Shown: piece after piece, positions 20,748-33,293 of the stretch
How positions within the stretch are numbered: the first letter of the stretch is position 1
Layout: each line of letters begins with the position of its first letter
Source of the DNA: an uncultured Acidobacteriaceae bacterium
GTDB lineage: Bacteria; Acidobacteriota; Terriglobia; Terriglobales; Acidobacteriaceae
NCBI GenBank assembly: GCA_963817305.1
Contig: CAWFOD010000017.1
Coordinates: forward strand, 357,821-421,820
Direction: 5' to 3'
Length of the DNA: 64,000 nucleotides
Position numbers and translations under genes: made by a program
The notes under the pieces: model-generated
Databases searched by the model: none
What the model saw: the letters and a program-made list of their open reading frames with translations, nothing else
Told to the model about the DNA's origin: nothing

Positions 20748-22283
20748 CTAAAGAGGTTCCCGCACCACAGAAACTGGAGTCGGCGAGGTTTGCGCCGGCG
20801 CCGGCAAACTCTGCTGGACCAGTTGTTGCGCCGAACTCTGCGCAAACTTCAAAACATCGCTGGGAAATATTCCCAGGTAGAGCGTCGCCGCCACACATGC
20901 CGCCAGAGCCAGGCTCAATGGGATCGGAATCCGGCTCACCGGAACCTCTTTGCGCGCCTCCCGCATGTACATCACAACGATGATGCGCAGGTAGTAATAA
21001 GCGCCGATTCCACTGTTCAGCACGCCAATCACCGTCAGCCAGATCAGGTTCGCTTTCACTGCAGCGCTGAACACGTAGAATTTCGCAAAAAATCCGCCCG
21101 TCATCGGAATGCCGATCAGCGATAACAGAAAGATGGTGAGCGTGGCCGCCAGCAGCGGAGAACTGCGTCCCAGCCCTTCATAGTCCTCCAGCGTCACATA
21201 ACGTTCGCCCGCGTTGGCGAAGTGGCTCACCACGGCAAACGCTCCCACATTCATCGCGGCATAACTCGCCGTATAAAACATTGCCGCCGAAATACCCAGC
21301 GTCGGCGCAGTGGCGAAAGCTACCAGCAGATATCCCGCGTGTGCGATCGAAGAATAGGCCAGCAGCCGCTTCACATTGGTCTGCACCAGTGCGCCCACGT
21401 TGCCTAAAGTCATCGAAAGCGCCGCCGTCACCCAAATCACCCAGAAGATGGCATGGACGTTAATCACAAACACAATGCGCAACAAAACCGCAAACGCCGC
21501 GGCCTTGGGCGCGGTCGACATCAATCCCACAATCGGCGCCGGCGCTCCTTCATACACGTCCGGTGTCCACACGTGGAATGGCGCTGCCGCCACCTTGAAT
21601 CCCAAACCCACAAACATGAACGCCACGGCCACGAACGCCAGCAAGGGAATCGGCCCCGCCAGCAGCGCTCTGCTGATCTGGTCGATGTTGGTTGATCCCG
21701 TGGCCCCAAACATCAACGCCACGCCATACAGAAAAAATGCCGTGGCAAACGACCCCAACAGAAAATACTTCAGCGATCCTTCCGCGCTGCTCGCCTCATG
21801 CAGCCGGAATCCCGTCAGCACATACGAAGAGATGGAAGAAATCTCGAGCGCGATAAAAATCAGAACCAGTTCCACCGCCGAGGACATCAGCGCCATGCCG
21901 ACTGCGCCGAAAAGAACCAGCGCGTAATACTCTCCGGCGCGAATCCGCTGTACCGCCATGTATTCGTACGAGCTGAGAATCACGACGGCAACAATCGCGA
22001 TCACCAGAACATTGAAAAAAACGCTGAACTTATCCACTTGCACCGTGTTCCAGAAGGCCGGTCCAGGCGACTGCGCCATGATCCAGGTCGCCCCGAGCCC
22101 CACCAGCGATCCCACGAACGCCACGATCCCCAGAACTTTTTGCCCGGTCCGCTCATCCAGCAGCGGTTCCATCAACATCACAATGACGCCAAACACGGAG
22201 AGAACAATCTCAGGCAGCACGCGCACGTAATCGGCGCTCTGTGGCAGCGTTTGCGAATAAGCTGGGAAAAGAGTCGCGATCAC
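20748..22283 (-). CDS. nuoN: NADH-quinone oxidoreductase subunit N
   Basis: 511-aa polytopic antiporter-like subunit. It is last in the nuo order and its start overlaps the nuoM stop. Confidence 0.9.
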   Translation of the reverse strand: MIATLFPAYSQTLPQSADYVRVLPEIVLSVFGVIVMLMEPLLDERTGQKVLGIVAFVGSLVGLGATWIMAQSPGPAFWNTVQVDKFSVFFNVLVIAIVAVVILSSYEYMAVQRIRAGEYYALVLFGAVGMALMSSAVELVLIFIALEISSISSYVLTGFRLHEASSAEGSLKYFLLGSFATAFFLYGVALMFGATGSTNIDQISRALLAGPIPLLAFVAVAFMFVGLGFKVAAAPFHVWTPDVYEGAPAPIVGLMSTAPKAAAFAVLLRIVFVINVHAIFWVIWVTAALSMTLGNVGALVQTNVKRLLAYSSIAHAGYLLVAFATAPTLGISAAMFYTASYAAMNVGAFAVVSHFANAGERYVTLEDYEGLGRSSPLLAATLTIFLLSLIGIPMTGGFFAKFYVFSAAVKANLIWLTVIGVLNSGIGAYYYLRIIVVMYMREARKEVPVSRIPIPLSLALAACVAATLYLGIFPSDVLKFAQSSAQQLVQQSLPAPAQTSPTPVSVVREPL

Positions 22284-23797
22284 TGTCCCACCATCCTGCT
22301 CGCCACCCGCACGAACGGCGTGAGCGCCGCCTGTACCGCTGGATCAATCGCTCCCAGCCACAAAATCGGAGCCACTCCCATCACCAGCGCCGCCACAGCG
22401 CACGGCCACACCGCCCATTTTTCGAATCCCGAGAGATCACTCAAAGAATTATTCACCGCGTGCGTAACCTTGCCGTAAAAAACCCGCTGGTACATCCAAA
22501 GCAAATAAACTGCACTCCAGATAATTCCGGTGGCTGCAAGAATTCCGTAAATCGGCTTATCCTGAAAAGATCCGCTCAGCACCAGAAATTCGCCGATGAA
22601 CCCGTTAAACAAAGGCAGTCCCACCGACGCCAGCACAATTACAAGAAACGAAGCAGAGTAAATCGGCATGGGCGAAGCCAATCCGCCAAATTCGCTGATT
22701 TCATAGGTATGCCGCCGCTCGTGCAGAATCCCCGCCAGCATGAACAATCCGCCTGTGGAAACTCCATGCGCCAGCATGACGAACATCGCGCCATTCAACC
22801 CCGCCTGCGTGAAGCTGAAAATCCCCAGCACCACGAATCCCAGATGGCTCACCGACGAATACGCGATCAGTTTCTTCATGTTCGGCTGCACCATCGCCAC
22901 CAGCGCGCCGTAAATAATCCCGATCAGCGCCAGAATCATGATCCACCAGGCGTTGTGCCGCGATTGCTCGGGAAACAATCCAAGGTTGAATCGCAACAGC
23001 CCATACGTTCCCATCTTCAAGAGCACGCCTGCCAGCAACACGGAGCCCGCCGTCGGCGCCTCCACGTGCGCATCCGGCAACCACGTGTGGAACGGAAACA
23101 GCGGAACCTTCACCGCAAACGCCAGAAAGAATCCCAAAAACAGCCACTGCGCCGCAGCTGGAAACCCCGGCACAGCACCGCTCGCGATCTGTTCGCGAAT
23201 TGTTACGAAGTCAAACGATCCGGTATGCGCATAGAGCCATAGAATCGCCGCCAGCATGAACACCGATCCAATCATCGTGTACATGAAGAATTTCACCGCG
23301 GCATACACTTTGCGCTCGTGACCGAAAATGCCGATCACCAGCGCCATGGGAATCAGCGTCGCTTCCCAGAAGAAATAAAAGAGAAAGAGGTCCAGCGAAG
23401 TGAACACGCCAATCAGCGCGGTCTCCAGAATCAGCAGCAGGATGAAAAATTCCTTTACCCGCTCGTGAATCGAGTTCCAGGAAATCAGCACGCACAACGG
23501 CGTGAGAAATGTCGTCAGCACCACCAGCCACAAAGAAATTCCGTCGATTCCCATGTGGTAGTGGATGTTGGGAGTCGAAACCCACTGCCGGTCAACCTGA
23601 AACTGAAATTCACTTTGCCCGCGATGGAAATAAACCGGCAGATGCAGAGACAGAACAAACGTCAGCAGCGAAATTACCAGCGCAAAAATCCGGATGTCGC
23701 GGTCGCGTCGGGGAAACATGACCAGCAGCAATCCGCCCGCCAGAGGGAGGAACGTCACCAGCGTAAGAATGATGGAGCTGAGATTGTCCGTACTCAT
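22280..23797 (-). CDS. nuoM: NADH-quinone oxidoreductase subunit M
   Basis: ORF 22280-23860. The start [12 protein letters not shown] at 23797 overlaps the nuoL stop (ATGA). Typical NuoM motifs are present (WLPDAHVEAPTAGSVLLAG). Confidence 0.9.
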   Translation of the reverse strand: MSTDNLSSIILTLVTFLPLAGGLLLVMFPRRDRDIRIFALVISLLTFVLSLHLPVYFHRGQSEFQFQVDRQWVSTPNIHYHMGIDGISLWLVVLTTFLTPLCVLISWNSIHERVKEFFILLLILETALIGVFTSLDLFLFYFFWEATLIPMALVIGIFGHERKVYAAVKFFMYTMIGSVFMLAAILWLYAHTGSFDFVTIREQIASGAVPGFPAAAQWLFLGFFLAFAVKVPLFPFHTWLPDAHVEAPTAGSVLLAGVLLKMGTYGLLRFNLGLFPEQSRHNAWWIMILALIGIIYGALVAMVQPNMKKLIAYSSVSHLGFVVLGIFSFTQAGLNGAMFVMLAHGVSTGGLFMLAGILHERRHTYEISEFGGLASPMPIYSASFLVIVLASVGLPLFNGFIGEFLVLSGSFQDKPIYGILAATGIIWSAVYLLWMYQRVFYGKVTHAVNNSLSDLSGFEKWAVWPCAVAALVMGVAPILWLGAIDPAVQAALTPFVRVASRMVGQ

Positions 23798-25827
23798 CGC
23801 GCTCCCGTCCACATCCAGATCATGAAGGCGATCACCACTGCCGAACCCGCCGCAATCCATCCCGCGTACGAGCGAATGTTGCCCGACTGCATGTGGCGAA
23901 CTTCATCGGAAACATGCCTGGCGCCGTATCCCGCGTCGTTCACGGTGGCATCGATAATCTTCTGGTCCACGCCGTGCCACAGAACTCGCGTCGAAAAATT
24001 GATGAGCGGCTTCACAAAGACCGCGCCGTAGAGTTCATCCACATAATATTTGTGCACCAGTGTCTGGTATGCTCCCGCCATCGAGGTCGCAATCTTGTCC
24101 GGTAAGTCCGTCCGCCGGTAATAAAGTTGCCATGCAAGTCCAAACCCCAACAGCGCCGCCAGCACCGAAATCCCCGTAAACATCAACTCGGTCGAAACTC
24201 CAGTCTTCGGCTCCGGACCCTCGGTCTCCTTCTCTGGCACTCCTTTTTCATCTACGGCCGAGGGCTGCGCATTGCCTGGAGCGCTGCCGTGAAATACCGG
24301 TCCGAGAAATTTGTCGAACCGATTGTTTCCGCCCAGCGATCCCGGCACTCCCACATATCCGCCCACCACCGAAAGCACCGCCAGAATTACCAGAGGGATC
24401 ACCATCACCCTGGGGCTCTCGTGAATCCCGCCGTGTCCGTGCCCTCCGTGCGCACCATCCGCCGAGTGGCTTCCATGGCCGTGTTCCGCCTCGCCTCGAT
24501 ACTCACCGAAGAAAGTCATAAACCACAGCCGGAACATATAGAACGATGTGAGCAACGCAGTCACCACTCCTACCAGCCAATAAGCCCAACTCGCCTGGTA
24601 AGAGCGCCACAGTATTTCGTCTTTGCTGAAGAAGCCGGAAAACCCAGGAATTCCGGAGATCGCCAACGTGGCTGCAGTCATGCACCAGAACGTCCACGGA
24701 ATTTTCTTCCGCAACCCGCCCATCTTGCGCATGTCCTGCTCGCCGCCTACCGCATGGATCACCGAGCCCGCCGCCAGAAACAACAGCCCTTTGAAAAATG
24801 CGTGCGTCATCAGATGAAAAATTCCGGCGGAGAACGCGCCCACTCCGCATGCCATGAACATGTAGCCCAGTTGCGAAACCGTCGAGTAAGCCAGAACTTT
24901 CTTGATGTCAGTCTGCGCAATGCCAATTGTCGCCGCAAAAAATGCCGTGAGCGTTCCAATAATCGCAACCACCGTCAGCGCAATCGGCGCTCGTTCAAAA
25001 ATCACGTGCGATCGCGAAACCATGTACACGCCCGCCGTCACCATGGTCGCGGCATGAATCAAAGCCGAAACCGGCGTCGGACCTTCCATCGCATCCGGAA
25101 GCCAAATGTACAACGGAATCTGCGCCGACTTCCCGCACGCACCTACCATCAGCAGAATGCCAATCGCCGTCAGCAGTCCGGCGCCGTCCTTCTCGGCTCC
25201 CATGGGCAGAACGCTCTGAAACACCTGATCAAAATTCAGCGAACCAAAATGCTTGATGAGCAAAAACAACGCAATCAGAAATCCAAAGTCTCCAATGCGA
25301 TTTACGATGAACGCTTTCTTGCCCGCCGCCGCTGCCGAATTCTTGGTGAACCAGAAACCAATCAGCAGATACGACGCCAGCCCCACGCCCTCCCACCCGA
25401 TAAACATCATCAGATAGTTGGCCGACAGTACCAGCGTCAGCATGAAAAACATGAATAGATTCAGATAGCTGAAAAAGCGATAGTAGCTGGGATCCTCCCA
25501 CATGTAGCCGACGGAATAGACATGGATCAGAAATCCAACTCCCGTCACCACCAGCAGCATCACTAGCGACAGTTGATCGAGATAAAACGCGAAGTCAACG
25601 CTGAAACTTCCTGACCGTATCCAATGCGCAAAATATTCATGATAGGGAAGCGTGAGCGAAGAAAACTGCATCGCGACCCACACTGCCATTGCAAACGCAG
25701 CCCCGCTGAACACCAAAGCAATCGTGGTAACGGCCTTGCGCGACGACTTTTTCCCGAAGAAGCCGTTAATCGCGGCGCCCGCGAGCGGCAGAATCGGGAT
25801 CAGCCAGAGATTGAGCATGGGATTCAT
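23794..25827 (-). CDS. nuoL: NADH-quinone oxidoreductase subunit L
   Basis: ORF 23794-25971. The start [17 protein letters not shown] at 25827 overlaps the nuoK stop. [22 protein letters not shown] motif. Confidence 0.9.
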   Translation of the reverse strand: MNPMLNLWLIPILPLAGAAINGFFGKKSSRKAVTTIALVFSGAAFAMAVWVAMQFSSLTLPYHEYFAHWIRSGSFSVDFAFYLDQLSLVMLLVVTGVGFLIHVYSVGYMWEDPSYYRFFSYLNLFMFFMLTLVLSANYLMMFIGWEGVGLASYLLIGFWFTKNSAAAAGKKAFIVNRIGDFGFLIALFLLIKHFGSLNFDQVFQSVLPMGAEKDGAGLLTAIGILLMVGACGKSAQIPLYIWLPDAMEGPTPVSALIHAATMVTAGVYMVSRSHVIFERAPIALTVVAIIGTLTAFFAATIGIAQTDIKKVLAYSTVSQLGYMFMACGVGAFSAGIFHLMTHAFFKGLLFLAAGSVIHAVGGEQDMRKMGGLRKKIPWTFWCMTAATLAISGIPGFSGFFSKDEILWRSYQASWAYWLVGVVTALLTSFYMFRLWFMTFFGEYRGEAEHGHGSHSADGAHGGHGHGGIHESPRVMVIPLVILAVLSVVGGYVGVPGSLGGNNRFDKFLGPVFHGSAPGNAQPSAVDEKGVPEKETEGPEPKTGVSTELMFTGISVLAALLGFGLAWQLYYRRTDLPDKIATSMAGAYQTLVHKYYVDELYGAVFVKPLINFSTRVLWHGVDQKIIDATVNDAGYGARHVSDEVRHMQSGNIRSYAGWIAAGSAVVIAFMIWMWTGAR

Positions 25828-26138
25828 AGCTTGAGCAGGTTCACCTGATCCACATTCAATGTCTCCCGCGTGCGATAAACCGCGATAATGATCGCCAGTC
25901 CGACCGCCGCTTCCGCCGCCGCCACCACCATCACAAAGAAAACAAATACCTGCCCCGCCAGCGCGTGCCAATGCGCCGCGAACGCCACAAACGATAGATT
26001 CACCCCGTTCAGCATCAGTTCAATCGACATAAAGATGGTGATGATGTTGCGCTTGATCAGAAACCCAACCACGCCGCAGCCAAACAAGAATCCGCTGAGC
26101 AGCAAATAATAAGAGAGTGGCACATACGACGGAACCAT
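25824..26138 (-). CDS. nuoK: NADH-quinone oxidoreductase subunit K
   Basis: 104 aa with 3 TM segments, positioned between nuoJ and nuoL. Confidence 0.9.
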   Translation of the reverse strand: MVPSYVPLSYYLLLSGFLFGCGVVGFLIKRNIITIFMSIELMLNGVNLSFVAFAAHWHALAGQVFVFFVMVVAAAEAAVGLAIIIAVYRTRETLNVDQVNLLKL

Positions 26139-26656
26139 CAGTCCACCTTCCTCGCCGTCGCTTCCGGCTTGCTCGCCAGCACCACGGCTCCCATGATGGC
26201 AATCAGGATTAATACAGAAGTAACTTCAAACGGCAGCAGAAAATCGTGAAAAAGAAGCTGCGCAATCTCTGTGGGATGTCCCGGCAATGCCCCGATCGGC
26301 ACCGACTCCGTTACCGAATGCCGCACCACCACCCACGCCATCAGTACGCTGCTGGTCAGTACACCAGGCACGCCAAACAATAAGGCGATGCGGCTCCCCT
26401 TGGTCTCTTCCTCCACGCCTGCATTGAGCAGCATGATTACGAAAACAAACAACACCATGATCGCCCCGGCATAAACAATCACTTGCACAGCGGCGACGAA
26501 TTCTGCCCCCAGCAATAAATATTCCCCGGCCAGCGCCGCCATCACCGCAATCAGCGACAGCGCGCTATTGATCGGATGCCGCTGCGCCAGCAGGTTCACC
26601 GCCCCGCCCACGCAAACCGCGCCAAACGCGAGAAATAGAATTAGATGGAAACTCAT
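26138..26656 (-). CDS. nuoJ: NADH-quinone oxidoreductase subunit J
   Basis: 172 aa. [35 protein letters not shown] is typical of NuoJ. Confidence 0.9.
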   Translation of the reverse strand: MSFHLILFLAFGAVCVGGAVNLLAQRHPINSALSLIAVMAALAGEYLLLGAEFVAAVQVIVYAGAIMVLFVFVIMLLNAGVEEETKGSRIALLFGVPGVLTSSVLMAWVVVRHSVTESVPIGALPGHPTEIAQLLFHDFLLPFEVTSVLILIAIMGAVVLASKPEATARKVD

Positions 26657-26671
26657 GAATCAGTACTGTCT

Positions 26672-27704
26672 TTACCAGGCCACGGCAATCGCAGTCGCTA
26701 CCAGATTCGCAATCGCCAGCGGCAGCAGAAACTTCCAGCCAAAAGACATCAGTTGGTCGTAGCGGAAGCGCGGCAACGTCCCACGCACCCAGATGTACAG
26801 AAAGAGAAAACAGAAAACCTTGGCAAGAAACCAGAATACTGGCAGCACTGCTTGCAGCAACGGAGGCCCAAACAGCGGCCCGCGCCATCCGCCAAAAAAT
26901 AACAGCGTGGCCACGCAAGCCACCGTAATCATGTTGGCGTATTCCGCCATGAAAAACATGGCGAACTTCATCGAACTGTATTCCGTGTGATATCCCGCAA
27001 CCAGTTCAGTCTCGGCTTCCGGCAGATCAAACGGAATGCGGTTCGTCTCCGCATAAGCAGCCATCAGATAAATGAAGAATCCGACAAACTGCCCGTGAAA
27101 AATATTCCACCGCGGAATGAACTCCCAAAACCGCCCCGCCTGCATGTCCACAATCGTCCGCAAACTAAAGCTGCCCGATTGAATCAGCACTCCCACCAGC
27201 GAAAGGCCTAGCGCGATTTCATAACTCACCATCTGTGCGCTGGCTCGCAGTCCGCCCAGCAGCGAATACTTATTGTTCGACGACCATCCTGCCAGCGCCA
27301 CGCCGTACACGCCCATCGAGGTGACGCCCAGAATCAGCAGCAGGCCGATGTTCACATCCGTAATCTGCAGCGGAATGTTGTAGCCGAAAATTCGGAATCG
27401 AGTTCCCGAACGGAATCACCGAAATCGAAGTCAGCGCAAAAATCACCGCCATCATCGGAGCCGCCAGAAACAACGGCTTGTAAACGTGCGGTGGTGTCAG
27501 ATCTTCCTTGAACAAAAATTTCAATCCGTCAGCCGCAGGCTGTAGCAATCCGAATGGTCCCACCCGCGTGGGCCCCCACCGGTTCTGCATGTGTCCAACA
27601 ACTTTGCGCTCCAACCAAACCGTGTATGCGACCGCCGTAAGCAGGACGACCAGCACGATCAACGACTTGATGATCGACACGAGTATGAACACGCCCACCG
27701 ACAA
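26672..27704 (-). CDS. nuoH: NADH-quinone oxidoreductase subunit H; 1-nt insertion in the A/T run at 27387-27390 as sequenced
   Basis: ORFs 27270-27704 (..AYTVWLERKVVGHMQNRWGPTRVGPFGLLQP..) and 26672-27355 (..NIGLLLILGVTSMGVYG..) are the two halves of NuoH. Removing one T gives ..IPNFGYNIPLQITDVNIG.. Confidence 0.85.
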
Positions 27705-27746
27705 GATCTTTCCGTCCTCTCACAACCGCCGATATAAATAGGTGAA

Positions 27747-30114
27747 TCAGTCCGCCGCGACTTCGGCAGGCTTCACTTCGTGGCTTTCCACCACCGATTT
27801 CAGAGCGCGCGAATATCGTCCCAGAGTTCCGGAACTAAAAAGATCATCATTCGCGGGTTGGATCGATTCCGCTTGGTGCGCAACTCCAGGTCCGGCTTCA
27901 ACCAACGAAGTATGCTCGCTGTTGCCCGCCATCACGTTCATGCGGGAAACGTCATAGCCCGGAACCAGCCGCTGAATCTCATCCAGAATCGCCGTCGGAT
28001 CGAACGGGCTCATCTTCGGCTCCAGCCCGTGAGCCTCCAGCCACACGGCGTGACGGTCGGCCTCGCCGGATTGTGCTCCGCGCGATTGCCCCATATCCGC
28101 GTGCGTGCCAGCGCGCACGCCTTCACCGAACGGCACCAGTTTGCGCACATCAAAGCCCATCGCGTCAGCAATGCGAACGATCATCTCGAAATCCGATTTC
28201 GTCCCCGTGACCTCGCCCGCCTTTTTCAGCAACTGCAAATCACCGCAAGTATTTGTAAACGTTCCCGACTTCTCATAAGCATTCGCCGCCGGTAAAACCA
28301 CATCGGCCATCACCGCCGTCTCAGTCAGGAACATATCCTGCACGACAACGAAACTCTTCGAAAACGCGAACGGATCAATCTTCAGCCGTCCCACCGGGTT
28401 CGATCCCACGACATAAAGCGCTTTCAACGTGCCCGGCCTTCGCCGCCTCCACCATGCCCGTCAAATCAAGTCCCGCAGCGTGCGGAATCCCGCCCCACTC
28501 GCGATGAAACTCGCTGTTGCCCGCGATCGGGTGATATCCGGGCAGCAAATCCGGATACAGCCCCATATCGGCCGCCCCGCGCGAATTAGCATAATCCGCG
28601 AGACAAACAAACTTCGTTCCCGGAACACCCGCGCCAAACTTAACAAGACTCGCCACGTCAGCGCCCCGGATCTCCGACCCAGACACAATCACCAGATTCT
28701 GCTCGCCGCGTAATTGGTCACGAAGTCCAATCCACTGCTCGCGCGACGAATGTCCGGCAATCGCCTCTAGAGCCGAATCATCTCCGGCCAGAAAAGCCGC
28801 AACTTTTCCCTCTGCTCCCTCCGGAATTTGCGTGAAATTGGCTGCCTGCCGCCGCAGCTTGATCGGCCGCGAATTGATCACATACAACCGCGCCCGATGC
28901 AGCCGTACATTGTTTCGAATTTGCCACGCCAGCAGCGGATGCTGCTCCGTGGGATCGTTCCCAATCAGCAGCGTAGCCGGCGCGGTAAAAACATCCGTCA
29001 TGCTCGCAGTCGAATTCGCTTTTCCACGCAGCGCCGCCGCCAGGGCAGGGAAGTCCGCGGTGCGATGATGGTCGACGTTGTTCGTCTTCAATACGATTCG
29101 CGCGAATTTGGAGAGCAGATAATCTTCTTCGTTCGTAGTCCGCGTCGAACCGACCACGCCAATCGCCTTGCCACCCTCCACGTCACGAATGGATGCAAAT
29201 CGTTTCCCGATCAATTCAAACGCCTCTTCCCACGTCGAAGGCGTTAACTTTCCATCCTTACGAATCAGCGGACGCGTCAGCCGTTCTTCGTGATTCGCAA
29301 AGTCAAATGCGTACCGCCCCTTGATGCAGAGGAAGTCTCCATTCGTCCCGCTCTTGTCGCGGTTATCTCCGCGAACGATTTCCATGCCTTTATCGGCGCG
29401 CCGCACGCCCAGCGTGGTTTTGCATCCGTCGCCGCAGTGAGTGCAAATCGTGCCCACATGCTTCATCTCCCACGGCCGCGTCTTATAGCGATAGGCACCC
29501 GAAGTGAGCGCGCCCACGGGACAAATGTCGATGCACATCCCGCACTCTTCGCACTCCAGATGATCTTCTTTATTGGGCGCGATGATCGAACTCACGCCGC
29601 GGTTCTGCACTCCCAGCGCCCAAACGTCCATCCCCTCGCCGCACACCCGCACGCAGCGGTAACAAAGAATGCATCGCGGACGATCGAAAAAAACTACCGG
29701 CGACCACTGCTGCTCATCCTTATGATTTTTGGCCTCCATGAATTTTGACTCGGCCGCGCCATAAGAAAATGTCATGTCCTGCAATTCGCACTCGCCGCCC
29801 GCATCGCACACCGGACAATCCAGCGGATGATTCCCCAGCAGCATCTCTACCATCGACTTGCGCGCCTGCTTGATCTCCTCACTATCCGAAGTGACGATCA
29901 TGCCTTCACTGATCACCGTGGTACACGCGGTCTGCAGCTTCGGCATCTTCTCAATCTTCACCAGGCACATGCGGCAAGCGCCCTGCAACGAAAGATTCGG
30001 GTAATAGCAAAACGAAGGCACCTCAATGCCCACACGTTTGCAAGCCTCGATCAACAGCGTCCCCGCCGGAGCGGTGACTTTCTTCCCGTCAACTGTAAGA
30101 GTTACGTCAGCCAT
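27747..30114 (-). CDS. nuoG: NADH-quinone oxidoreductase subunit G; 1-nt insertion near 28432-28434 as sequenced
   Basis: ORF 28375-30114 carries the 2Fe-2S/4Fe-4S Cys motifs and the molybdopterin-like domain. ORF 27747-28427 continues it. Removing one G gives ..MVEAAKAGTLKALYVVGSNPV.. Confidence 0.85.
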
Positions 30115-30120
30115 GAGAAT

Positions 30121-31444
30121 TTAGTGAGTTAATACCGGCAGTTCTTCCACCGAGCCCTCTTTTTCAAACGGACACGGCCTGCCTTCCAAATGATCTTCAA
30201 ATTCTTTGCGCCACTTCTTCACAAACGCAATCGTTGGCATTGCCGCCGCATCGCCCAGCGGACAAAACGTCCGCCCCAGCATGTTCTCCGACAGATAGCG
30301 CATGTTGTCGATGTCTTTCATCACGCCACCGCCGCGATGGAAACGAGTCAGCGTCTTCTCCAGCCAGTCGGTTCCCTCGCGGCAGGGAATGCACCATCCG
30401 CAGCTTTCGTGCTTGTAAAATTTCATCGTGCGGAGTGCGAACTTCACAATGCACTGCGTGTCATCGACCACCACCACACCGCCCGAACCCAGCATCGACC
30501 CAGCCTTGGCCACGGAGTCGAAATCCATCGCGACATCGATTTCATCAGCGGTAAGAGCCGGACAGGACGACCCTCCCGGAACCACCGCCTTCAACTTGCG
30601 CCCGTTCGGAATTCCCGCCGCCCACTTCGTAGATCATCTTCTTCAGGTTGTAACCCATGGGCAGTTCGTAGACGCCGGGCTTCGCAATGTTTCCGCTCAG
30701 GCAAAACAGCCGTGTGCCGCCATTTTTCGGCGTGCCCAGCTTGGCATACCACTCCGCGCCGCCAAGAATAATGTGCGGCACGTTGGCCAGGGTTTCCGCA
30801 TTATTAATGACGGTTGGTCCGCCCCACAGGCCCACCACAGCGGGGAACGGAGGCCGAATCCGCGGAATCCCGCGCTTGCCCTCGAGCGATTCCATCAGCG
30901 CCGATTCCTCGCCCACTTCATACGCCCCCGCACCGCCATGCCAGAAAATATCGAAGTCTCGCCCGCTGCCAAAAATGTTCTTCCCAAGAAATCCTTTAGC
31001 GTACGCATCGCGAATCGCTTTCTGCATGATGATCGATAGATATCGATATTCGCCGCGAATGTAGATGTACCCGCTCTTCGCGCCCACCGCGAACCCGCCG
31101 ATCATCACTCCTTCAATCACCGCGTGCGGATCGTGCTCAAAGATCAGCCGGTCCTTACAAGTCCCCGGCTCACTTTCATCGCCGTTGCACAGCACATACT
31201 TCGGCTTCGCCGATTGCTTCGGCACGAACGACCACTTCATCCCCGTGGAAAATCCCGCGCCCCCGCGACCGCGCAACCCGGAATTCTTCACCTCATTAAT
31301 AATGGCGTCCGGCTCCATGGCCAGCGCCTTCTGCACCGCCTTGTAGCCGTCGAGCTCAAGATAGCGGTCAATATCAGTCGCGCCCTGGCCAAATCGCCGG
31401 GAGACAACCTTGACCTCATCGGGATGTGAAACTAAAGAAGCCAT
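30121..31444 (-). CDS. nuoF: NADH-quinone oxidoreductase subunit F; 1-nt insertion near 30610-30613 as sequenced
   Basis: ORF 30545-31492 (likely start MASLVSHPDE at 31444; GLRGRGGAGFSTG FMN/NADH motif) plus ORF 30121-30594 (..ESCGWCIPCREG..). Removing one A gives ..EVGGGIPNGRKLKAVVPGGSS.. Confidence 0.85.
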
Positions 31445-31529
31445 AACAAAAAAATGTCGACTTTCGATTGCCGACTGCCAATTGAAAAGCAATCCAATCG
31501 GAAATCGGAAATTGGCAATTGGAAATCGG

Positions 31530-32018
31530 TTACTGCGTTGCCTTCATCTTGTACTCGTCCAGCACTCTATCAATCTTCTCCGCCGTCAGGTTCTCATGAA
31601 AGTCGTAATTCACCTGCGCCGCCGGAGCCCAGCTGCATGCGCCAATGCATTCCACTTCCTCGAGCGTAAACAATCCGTCCGGAGTGGTTCCGTGGTTTCC
31701 CACGCCAAGCTTTTTCGCGCAGTGCCGCAAAATCTCTTCGCCGCCCCGCACCAGACAGCTGATATTCGTGCAAACCTGCACATTAAACTTGCCCCGCGGC
31801 TTGGTTGTCAGCATCGAGTAATAGCTGATCACGTTGCGCACTTCGAGTTCCGTTAAATCCAGCCGTCCGGCCAGTTCCGCGATGACTTCATCGGAAAGAA
31901 ATCCAACTTCATCCTGCGCATAAAGCAGCGTAGGCACCAGCGCCGACCGCTTTGTCGGATAATGCGGCAACATCTCCGCAAACCGCGCCTCGAATTCTTC
32001 CGAAAACCTCATGACCAA
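31530..32018 (-). CDS. nuoE: NADH-quinone oxidoreductase subunit E
   Basis: 162 aa, thioredoxin-like 2Fe-2S subunit (VCTNISCLVRG...VECIGACSWAP). Confidence 0.9.
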   Translation of the reverse strand: MVMRFSEEFEARFAEMLPHYPTKRSALVPTLLYAQDEVGFLSDEVIAELAGRLDLTELEVRNVISYYSMLTTKPRGKFNVQVCTNISCLVRGGEEILRHCAKKLGVGNHGTTPDGLFTLEEVECIGACSWAPAAQVNYDFHENLTAEKIDRVLDEYKMKATQ

Positions 32019-32087
32019 ATCCTCTGAGAAGCCTCTGCGTCCTCGGTGGTAAGGGTTAGCTTGGAATCGCTGAAAAACTGCAAGGCC

Positions 32088-33293
32088 TCACCGATCAATC
32101 TCTCCTAAAACAATATCAATGCTTCCGATCGCCGCCACCACATCCGCAATCAGCCCGCCCTCACACATCTTCGGCAGCGTCTGCAGGTTCGCCAAACAAG
32201 CCGCGCGCATGTGCACCCGATAAGGTTTCGCCGTCCCATCGCTCACGACGTAATATCCCATTTCGCCGCGCGGAGATTCCACCGCCTGATACACCTCGCC
32301 CGCCGGAACCGCAAAGCCTTCGGTAATAATCTTGAAGTGATAGATGAGCGCCTCCATCTGCGTCTTCATCTTTTCGCGGTCCGGCAAAACCACCCCCGGA
32401 GCATTCGCCTTGATCGGCCCCTCCGGCATTCCTTCCAGCGCCTGTTTCACAATTGCATTCGACTCGCGCAATTCGCGCACCCGGCACATGTACCGCGCAA
32501 AAACATCGCCTTCCTGCGCCACTGGCACCTTGAACTTGAAATTCTCATACCCCGAATAAGGCATATCGCGCCGCAAATCGAAATCCACTCCGCTCCCGCG
32601 CAGCGTCGGCCCGCTCGCTCCCAGCGCAATCGCATCCTCCGCGGTCATCCGCGCCACGCCCTTGGTCCGCATGCCCCAGATCGGATTTCCCGTCAGCAGA
32701 TTTTCGTATTCATCCACCTTCTCTGGAAAATATCCTGCAAACTTTTTCACCCGATCGAAAAATCCCAGCGGCGGCTCCAGCGCCAGCCCGCCAATGCGAA
32801 AGTAAGAAGTCATCATGCGCTGTCCGCTGATCGCCTCAAACAGTTTCAACACTTCTTCGCGCTCGCGGAAGCAATAAAGAAATACCGTCATCGCCCCGAT
32901 ATCGAGCGCATGCGTTCCCAGCCACACCAGATGCGAATTGATGCGGGTCAACTCATTCATCAAAACCCGCATCCACTGCGCCTTTGGCGGGATTTCCAGC
33001 CCCAGCAGTTTCTCCACCGCCAGCACATAACAAAGATTGTTGGTCATGGGGCACAGATAATCGATGCGGTCGGTGAGCGGCACCACCTGCTGGTAAAACT
33101 TCGCCTCGCACGTCTTCTCGATTCCCGTGTGCAGAAATCCAATATCGGGCATGATCCGCACCACGGTCTCGCCATCGATCTCGAGCAGTACCCGCAGCAC
33201 GCCGTGCGTGGACGGATGCTGCGGCCCCATGTTCAGGATCATCGTCCGATCCTGACCGGGCTCGAGAACCGGCGTCGCTGTCAGGTGCGCCAT
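32088..33293 (-). CDS. nuoD: NADH-quinone oxidoreductase subunit D
   Basis: ORF 32088-33344. The start MAHLTATPVLEPGQDRTMILNMGPQHPSTHGVLR at 33293 overlaps the nuoC stop (TGATG). Confidence 0.9.
   Translation of the reverse strand: MAHLTATPVLEPGQDRTMILNMGPQHPSTHGVLRVLLEIDGETVVRIMPDIGFLHTGIEKTCEAKFYQQVVPLTDRIDYLCPMTNNLCYVLAVEKLLGLEIPPKAQWMRVLMNELTRINSHLVWLGTHALDIGAMTVFLYCFREREEVLKLFEAISGQRMMTSYFRIGGLALEPPLGFFDRVKKFAGYFPEKVDEYENLLTGNPIWGMRTKGVARMTAEDAIALGASGPTLRGSGVDFDLRRDMPYSGYENFKFKVPVAQEGDVFARYMCRVRELRESNAIVKQALEGMPEGPIKANAPGVVLPDREKMKTQMEALIYHFKIITEGFAVPAGEVYQAVESPRGEMGYYVVSDGTAKPYRVHMRAACLANLQTLPKMCEGGLIADVVAAIGSIDIVLGEIDR

Noticed and set aside
21376-25458. Long plus-strand ORFs (183-443 aa) antisense to nuoN, nuoM and nuoL, and similar ORFs antisense to nuoD, nuoG and the giant gene
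   Set aside because: Their composition is His/Arg/Gln-rich or Ala/Gly/Val-rich with no motifs. The opposite strand encodes unmistakable complex I or DUF11 proteins. These are shadow ORFs expected at this GC content.
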